DNA from: Endomicrobiales bacterium
Lineage (GTDB): Bacteria; Elusimicrobiota; Endomicrobiia; Endomicrobiales; JALOBY01
Assembly: GCA_963796955.1 (NCBI GenBank)
Contig: CAWCNJ010000008.1
Span: 224,001 to 288,000, forward strand
Length of the DNA: 64,000 nt
Direction of reading: 5' to 3'
In this document: positions 58,343-64,000 of the stretch, piece by piece
How the letters are laid out: each line of letters opens with the position of its first letter
Numbering within the stretch: position 1 is the stretch's first letter
Translations under genes and position numbers: made by a program
Notes under the pieces: generated by a model
What the model was told of the DNA's origin: nothing
Databases searched by the model: none
What the model saw: only the letters and a program-made list of their open reading frames with translations

Positions 58343-59355
58343 GAAAGATAAAGATCTTTTTGGGGCTTATACTGTTGCTGACTTTATTCGCACCCGGCGC
58401 CTACAGTGCAGGATCCGTGCGGGCGGTCACGAACGGCGAATATTTAGAGGCCTGCCTTTCGACGATCTCTAAAGCAGCAAGCTCAATCGATATAGCCACA
58501 CTTGCCTTCGATAATGATACAACGGCTAACCGTATAAAAGACGCGCTTTATAAGGCGGTTAACAGAGGCGTGGCGTTAAGGATCATTCTGGATGATTCAG
58601 CTGCAAAAAAAGACGGCGATGTTATTGAAGAACTGCGCCAGGCAGGGATCGCGTTAAAGCTCGATGGGCCAAGACGAACACTGCATGAAAAGCTGATCAT
58701 CGTTGACCGGCGAATAGTACTGTTCGGCTCAACGAATCTGGGGTCGACGTCCATTGACCGTAATAATGAAACCGATCTTTTGGTTGATGACAAAGAGACC
58801 GGCGACGTTTTCAATGAATATTTTGAAGCTCTCTGGCACGAACCGGACCGGCAGGTAAGATTTCCGGCCGCGGTTAGTTCCGGGCTGCTGATACCGTTAA
58901 ATGCCTTTGATTACTCAAGAAAACTGCCCGGCATCATCCGAGCGGCCAGAAAACGGGTTTGGGCCGTGATGTATGACGCGCGTGTTTACGAGCCGGGTTC
59001 GAGCAACCCGACAGCTGAAATATACGAAGCCTTGTCCTCAGCGCGCGTTGCCGGAGTTGATGTGCGGGTACTATTAGAAAAAAGCGACCACGACAAAGAA
59101 CTTAACGCTTCAAATACGGAAACAGCAATGTTACTTTTAGCTGAAAAGATCCAGGTGCGCAGGGACCCGGAAGACATCATAACCCATGCAAAACTGGTGA
59201 TCGCCGATGATAGCGTTATAACGGGTTCATCCAACTGGAATGCCCGTTCCCTGAGGGTTAACAATGAGGTGAACGCGCTTATAACCATCCCGTCGGTTAC
59301 GAGCAGCTTTAGCGCATATTTCGAAAAACTATGGCAGGAAGCAACACAGGATTAG
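58339..59355 (+). CDS. Secreted phospholipase D superfamily protein with two HKD motifs
   Basis: Signal peptide, HEKLIIVD..GSTN..N.E and HAKLVIAD..GSSNW..N.E. Confidence 0.85.
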   Translation: MRKIKIFLGLILLLTLFAPGAYSAGSVRAVTNGEYLEACLSTISKAASSIDIATLAFDNDTTANRIKDALYKAVNRGVALRIILDDSAAKKDGDVIEELRQAGIALKLDGPRRTLHEKLIIVDRRIVLFGSTNLGSTSIDRNNETDLLVDDKETGDVFNEYFEALWHEPDRQVRFPAAVSSGLLIPLNAFDYSRKLPGIIRAARKRVWAVMYDARVYEPGSSNPTAEIYEALSSARVAGVDVRVLLEKSDHDKELNASNTETAMLLLAEKIQVRRDPEDIITHAKLVIADDSVITGSSNWNARSLRVNNEVNALITIPSVTSSFSAYFEKLWQEATQD

Positions 59356-59363
59356 GGGGGAAC

Positions 59364-60161
59364 ATGAATCGCGCAGCGGTATTTGCAGGAAGCTGGTATC
59401 CTGATAACAGCACCGAGATCATTGATTATGTCGATCTTAAGGCAAAAAGAAAAAAAGCCCTGGGTGCTATGTGCCCGCATGCCGGGTGGATCTATTCCGG
59501 AGCCACCGCCGGCAAGGTATACTCAAAATTACAACCGGTCTCTACATACATATTAATAGGTCCCAACCACTCCGGGCTCGGGGCACCGGTCAGCCTGTTC
59601 GCTGAGGGCAGCTGGGCCACGCCGCTTGGGCCGCTTGAAGTAGACAACGCTCTTGCCAAAGCGATCCAGGAACGCGACGGCTTCGCGATCTTTGATACAA
59701 CCGCGCACGCGAAAGAACATTCCATAGAGGTGCAGCTGCCTTTCATAAAACTCTTCAACCATCACGCGAAGATACTACCGATAGCGCTGGGCGATTATAA
59801 TCAGGCGACCTGCCAAAGGCTCGGCTGTGCGATAGCGGATTCGCTGCGGGCGCAGCACAAAGAGAATGATGCTTTGATAATAGCATCATCCGATATGAGC
59901 CACTACTTGACGGAGCAGGACGCCGAAGCAGCCGACAAGCCGGCTCTTGACCGGTTACTAAAGCTGGATCCGGCCGGGTTGTTGAAAGTGGTGACGGAAA
60001 ATGAGATATCCATGTGCGGTTCGGGACCGGCCGCGGTCATGCTCTACGCCGCCAAATCACTGGGCGCCACTACCGCTGAACTGGTAGGCTACACCAACTC
60101 AGGGGACGTAAGCGGCGATCATTCCCAGGTGGTCACGTATGCCGGTATCATAGTCTCATGA
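59364..60161 (+). CDS. amrB: Memo/AmmeMemoRadiSam system protein B
   Basis: R.A.FAGSWYP, PHAGWIYSG, GPNH, EHSIEVQLPF, ASSDMSHY, SMCG. Confidence 0.9.
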   Translation: MNRAAVFAGSWYPDNSTEIIDYVDLKAKRKKALGAMCPHAGWIYSGATAGKVYSKLQPVSTYILIGPNHSGLGAPVSLFAEGSWATPLGPLEVDNALAKAIQERDGFAIFDTTAHAKEHSIEVQLPFIKLFNHHAKILPIALGDYNQATCQRLGCAIADSLRAQHKENDALIIASSDMSHYLTEQDAEAADKPALDRLLKLDPAGLLKVVTENEISMCGSGPAAVMLYAAKSLGATTAELVGYTNSGDVSGDHSQVVTYAGIIVS

Positions 60162-60183
60162 AATATTGTATAATCAAACCACT

Positions 60184-60543
60184 ATGAAAGAAATTATCAT
60201 TTCAGTATTGCTGACGCTGCTGCTTGGGCCCGGTGTGGGACATCTGTATCTTAGAAGTTTTAAAAAAGCATGGGCGCTTATCGGGCTGACGGTGCTCGGC
60301 GCCGGCGTGTTCGTTATAAACGCCTTAAGGGGGCTGACACCGCAGCAGATCATAGCGATCCAGAACGATCCGGGAGCGTTCGCACGATCTATCACCGTTG
60401 GAAAATCGGCGCCCGGGCTTTTTTTTGATATTTTCTTCGCCGCGATCTGGGCTTATGCCGTCGTCGACGGTTATATAATCTGCCGTAAAAGAATGGAGCA
60501 GGGACCGCAGGACGGCCAAAACAGCCGGGACCACGCTGCTTAA
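60184..60543 (+). CDS. Small membrane protein
   Basis: PGVGHLYL...KKA, IWAYAVVDGY; three hydrophobic segments. Confidence 0.7.
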   Translation: MKEIIISVLLTLLLGPGVGHLYLRSFKKAWALIGLTVLGAGVFVINALRGLTPQQIIAIQNDPGAFARSITVGKSAPGLFFDIFFAAIWAYAVVDGYIICRKRMEQGPQDGQNSRDHAA

Positions 60544-60549
60544 AGAACT

Positions 60550-61854
60550 ATGAAACGATATGTGCTTACATTATTATTCCTGTTCAGTAGCGGTGTTGTG
60601 TCGTTCGCCGGGGATCAAACTTTCGAAGGGGTGATACACGTGAAATTAGATAACGGGCTTACGGTGCTGCTTAAAGAGAACCATCGCTACCCTGTGGCTT
60701 CGGCACAGGTGTGGGTACGGGTCGGCTCCGTTAATGAGTCACCCGCTACTTCCGGCTTGTCCCATTTTCTTGAGCATTTGATATTTAAAGGCACGGAAAA
60801 ATATCCGGGGGACGCAATCAGCAGGATAGTAGAGAACCAGGGCGGCATGATAAACGCAGCCACATCAAAAGAATTCACAGAGTTTTATATAGACACCCAA
60901 TCAACCGGTTGGAAAGACGCGGTCAGCATTTTGGCCGATGCCATGGCGAACGCCAACATGCCGGAGCAGGATATTAACAAAGAACGGCCCGTGGTCATCG
61001 AAGAGATAAGCAGGAGCGAAGACAACCCCGGACATGAACTGTATGACGTATTCAACGCGGCGATGTTCGTTGCCAGCCCCTACCGGGAACGCATAATCGG
61101 CTCTTCCGACGTCATAAAGAATATTTCCCGCGACGGTATTCTGGAATATTACCACACCCATTATGTACCGTCTAACATGGTTTTTGTGTTGGCGGGAGAT
61201 TTCAAAACGGACGAAGCACTGGCACACATCAAGGACACTTTCGGCACACAAAAGCCGGGCAACGCGCCCGCCCAGCCGGATCTGGTGGAAAAAGCCCATG
61301 AAGCAGTCACGATCAAAAATTCGAAAGAACTGGAACAATCCTACTGGATGGGCGGCTTTTTAGGACCAGTTATCACGCAGGACAGGGACTCCGCGACAGC
61401 GGACGTCGTATCCTCTATTCTCGGCGGCGGCCGCTCTTCAAGGCTGTACCGCTCGCTGAGGGAAGATAAGCAGTTGGCCTATTCGATCTGGTCCTCCTTC
61501 TGGTCACAGCGCGGCAGCGGAATATTAGCGGTTAACGGTGTATATGATCCCAAAAATGAAAAAGCGCTTATTGAAGGTGTTCGCGCTCAGATAGAGAACC
61601 TGGCTGCCAACGGACCGACCGAGGTCGAGCTGGCGCGGGCAAAACAGGTGATTAAAGCACAATGGGTGTTAGGCAATGAGACGTACCACGACGAAGCGGC
61701 CCAAATGGCCTACTGGCATTTGCAGGGAAACCCCGGCATGCTGGACCACTACCTAGAGCTGATCGGCGCGACAACAGGTGACGATGTCCGTCATTTCATG
61801 AAGACGTACTGCGTAACAGATAAATTCAATCAGGCGATACTTTCACCGAAATAA
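60550..61854 (+). CDS. M16 (pitrilysin/PqqL) zinc peptidase, catalytic subunit
   Basis: Signal peptide, LDNGL, GLSHFLEHLIFKGT, INAATS, ER.VVIEE. Confidence 0.92.
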   Translation: MKRYVLTLLFLFSSGVVSFAGDQTFEGVIHVKLDNGLTVLLKENHRYPVASAQVWVRVGSVNESPATSGLSHFLEHLIFKGTEKYPGDAISRIVENQGGMINAATSKEFTEFYIDTQSTGWKDAVSILADAMANANMPEQDINKERPVVIEEISRSEDNPGHELYDVFNAAMFVASPYRERIIGSSDVIKNISRDGILEYYHTHYVPSNMVFVLAGDFKTDEALAHIKDTFGTQKPGNAPAQPDLVEKAHEAVTIKNSKELEQSYWMGGFLGPVITQDRDSATADVVSSILGGGRSSRLYRSLREDKQLAYSIWSSFWSQRGSGILAVNGVYDPKNEKALIEGVRAQIENLAANGPTEVELARAKQVIKAQWVLGNETYHDEAAQMAYWHLQGNPGMLDHYLELIGATTGDDVRHFMKTYCVTDKFNQAILSPK

Positions 61855-63173
61855 TGAAACGACTATTACACACTTTTCTGGCGATTTTCTTTTTATCAGG
61901 AGGCCTCGTGCAGGCAACTACCAATGATACCACAAACTTCAAACTTTCGAATGGCTTGATGGTCATACATCGTAATATACCGGAACATCCGATAGTCTCT
62001 GTACAGCTTTTTATCAAACACGGAGCTATCGATGAACAGGCATCGCAGGCAGGCCTGGCGTACCTTTCCCAAACGGTCATGATACAGGGAACGCAGCACC
62101 GCACCAGCGAACAACTGGCGGCGGACCTGGAAAACCTGGGAGCCTCTCTTTCAAGCGATGTTGAACATGACTACTGCAATATCGGTTTTTCGTCTCTCAG
62201 CGACAATGCGCCGAAAGCGATGGAATTATTGTCCGATATCGCGTTAAACCCTTCATTTCCAAAAACGGAGATCGAAAAAGAACGGGCAAATACGCTGGCC
62301 GGCATTAAAAGCCGCCAGGACTACATCTTTAACGCGACCCAGGATCTGTTCAATGCCGCGTTTTACGGAAAGCACCCGTACTCCTGGTCGGAAAGCGGCA
62401 AAGCTGAGACGGTTAAAAAATTCACGGCCTCTGATCTTAAAGAGTGGCATAAACAGCACTTTACCGCCGGCGGCGCACTCCTGGTAGTTGCAGGCGACAT
62501 TTCGCTCGCGGACACTAAAACACTTGCCGAAAAATATTTTGCGGTGATGCCAAAAGATGGGAAACTGCCTGTTCTGCCACCGACAACGCTTCCCAAACAT
62601 ACCGAAGAAAAACATACATCGCCTAAATTCCAGCAGGCGATGCTGATGACGGGGTGGCCCTGCCCGGATATGTCCGCCCCGGACTATCCGATAGTAAAAG
62701 TATTGAATGCCCTGATGGGCGGGCGCATGACGGGCCGCCTGTTCGTTGAGCTTCGTGAGAAAATGAGCCTGGGTTACGAGGTCAGCTCATTTTATCCGTC
62801 CCGCCGCCAGCAGAGCCGCTACGTCGTGTACCTGGGCCTAAAACAGGAAAATATCGAGCGTGCGAAAAAGCGCCTTGCGGAAATGATCTCTGAACTGAGA
62901 ACGACGCCGGTACCGGAGCAGGAATTAAGCGACACAAAGAATTATATACGAGGCGTATACCTGATGGACCACCAGACGGCTAACCGCCAGGCCTGGTACC
63001 TGGGCTGGTGGGAACTGATGGGCGGCGGCTACAAAAATGACGACACGTATCTTGATCGCCTTCAATCCGTCTCAGCGCAGGACATACAACGAATAGCGCA
63101 AAAGTATTTGACCGACGAAAATTCAGTTCAGATCGAACTGACCCCTGCTCCGAGCGCTGTTCCGGCTAAATGA
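61854..63173 (+). CDS. M16 peptidase, non-catalytic subunit
   Basis: Signal peptide, LSNGL; HXXEH replaced by YLSQT; LFVELREKMSLGY retained; TAATG coupling. Confidence 0.85.
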   Translation: MKRLLHTFLAIFFLSGGLVQATTNDTTNFKLSNGLMVIHRNIPEHPIVSVQLFIKHGAIDEQASQAGLAYLSQTVMIQGTQHRTSEQLAADLENLGASLSSDVEHDYCNIGFSSLSDNAPKAMELLSDIALNPSFPKTEIEKERANTLAGIKSRQDYIFNATQDLFNAAFYGKHPYSWSESGKAETVKKFTASDLKEWHKQHFTAGGALLVVAGDISLADTKTLAEKYFAVMPKDGKLPVLPPTTLPKHTEEKHTSPKFQQAMLMTGWPCPDMSAPDYPIVKVLNALMGGRMTGRLFVELREKMSLGYEVSSFYPSRRQQSRYVVYLGLKQENIERAKKRLAEMISELRTTPVPEQELSDTKNYIRGVYLMDHQTANRQAWYLGWWELMGGGYKNDDTYLDRLQSVSAQDIQRIAQKYLTDENSVQIELTPAPSAVPAK

Positions 63174-64000
63174 ACTATGCGGTAATATTGATCATGCTGT
63201 TTTGCGCCTCCTGCGCGAAACACACTGAAAGGACGTCTTCCAACAACACCATCGAAAGCAAAACACCGGTTAACGGCGATATGTATGTCGCCTCATCCAT
63301 CGGCGATGCCTCCTATCTCAACCCCATCCTTGCCACCGACCAGACCTCCGGTACTATAAACAACCTCATTTATAATGGTCTTCTAAAATATGATAAAGAT
63401 CTTAAGATCACGGGGGATCTCGCCGAAAGCTGGACCGTCAGTAAAGACGGTCTTACGATAACCTTTCATCTGCGGCCCGGTGTTACCTGGCACGACGGCC
63501 AACCGTTCACCTCGGCGGACGTACAGTTCACCTATAATAAACTAATAGACCCCGCGGTAAAAACTCCCTATGGAGCAGACTATCTTCTGGTAAGATCTCT
63601 TGTTACACCGGACCCCTTGACGGTTCGCGTGACCTACAAGGAGCCCTTCGCCCCGTCATTGGAATCCTGGATGATCGGCATTGTGCCGAAACATATCTTT
63701 GCAGGAACCGATTTCAACACCGCTGCAGCGAACCGCGCGCCGGTCGGCACAGGGCCGTTCATCTTTAAAGAGTGGAAAACCGATGAAAAAATAGTACTTG
63801 AGGCCAACGCCTCATATTTCGAAGGCAAACCTTTTATAAAAAAATACGTACTGAGGATCATCCCGGACCAATCCGTTGAATTCCTTGAGATGCGCCAGCA
63901 GAACATCGACGAAATAGGTCTCTCGCCAGACCAGTACCGGGCATACGATGAGTTCTTCACGCATTACAACCGCTTCAACTACCCTTCATTCTCGTATGTG
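63170..64000 (+). CDS. Peptide/nickel ABC transporter substrate-binding lipoprotein (family 5), partial
   Basis: MNYAVILIMLFCASC lipobox, LNPILA.D, GDLAESW, TFHLRPGVTWHDGQPFTSADV.FT, PVGTGPF; runs off the window end. Confidence 0.9.
   Translation, partial: MNYAVILIMLFCASCAKHTERTSSNNTIESKTPVNGDMYVASSIGDASYLNPILATDQTSGTINNLIYNGLLKYDKDLKITGDLAESWTVSKDGLTITFHLRPGVTWHDGQPFTSADVQFTYNKLIDPAVKTPYGADYLLVRSLVTPDPLTVRVTYKEPFAPSLESWMIGIVPKHIFAGTDFNTAAANRAPVGTGPFIFKEWKTDEKIVLEANASYFEGKPFIKKYVLRIIPDQSVEFLEMRQQNIDEIGLSPDQYRAYDEFFTHYNRFNYPSFSYV

Noticed and set aside
58339..59355. PLD as an anti-phage defence nuclease (DISARM/Zorya-type context)
   Set aside because: Has a signal peptide and no helicase, methylase or other defence genes nearby

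Overview
A 64 kb chromosomal segment from a probably anaerobic, diderm bacterium. Gene content suggests an Elusimicrobiota-like lineage, which is inference only. About 70 genes, all on the + strand, in this order: a surface-glycosylation locus (GT4, GT-C, WecA, flavoprotein, GT4); a few small accessory genes; icd-ndk-ackA-yceD-rpmF-plsX-fabHDG-acpP-fabF-rnc; an indel-riddled acyl-CoA dehydrogenase with EtfB and a ferredoxin-fused EtfA; a PorV-like/TPR protein; a Rex-box-preceded operon for a membrane-bound group 4 [NiFe]-hydrogenase led by an NAD(P)H-linked HydB/HydG (AsrA/AsrB)-like module, with Mrp-type membrane subunits and hycI-hypFC-(GNAT, DUF1844)-hypDE; an SDR + serine palmitoyltransferase + GNAT trio matching the bacterial ceramide pathway (cerR-spt-bcerS); nusB, ligA, recX, a DGC, purH, lipA, HD-GYP, alaS, an ACT protein, def, tRNA-Arg(CCG); a small gene flanked by inverted GTAG-type REP-like repeats; PflX-like radical SAM, PLD, Memo; an M16 peptidase pair; and a truncated peptide ABC-binding protein. 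Non-coding features include two Rex-like palindromes, two 9-bp-period GATC arrays, a 147-nt rod-like hairpin at a local C-to-G skew switch, and long intercistronic stems. All calls come from motif recognition by eye; no database search was run.
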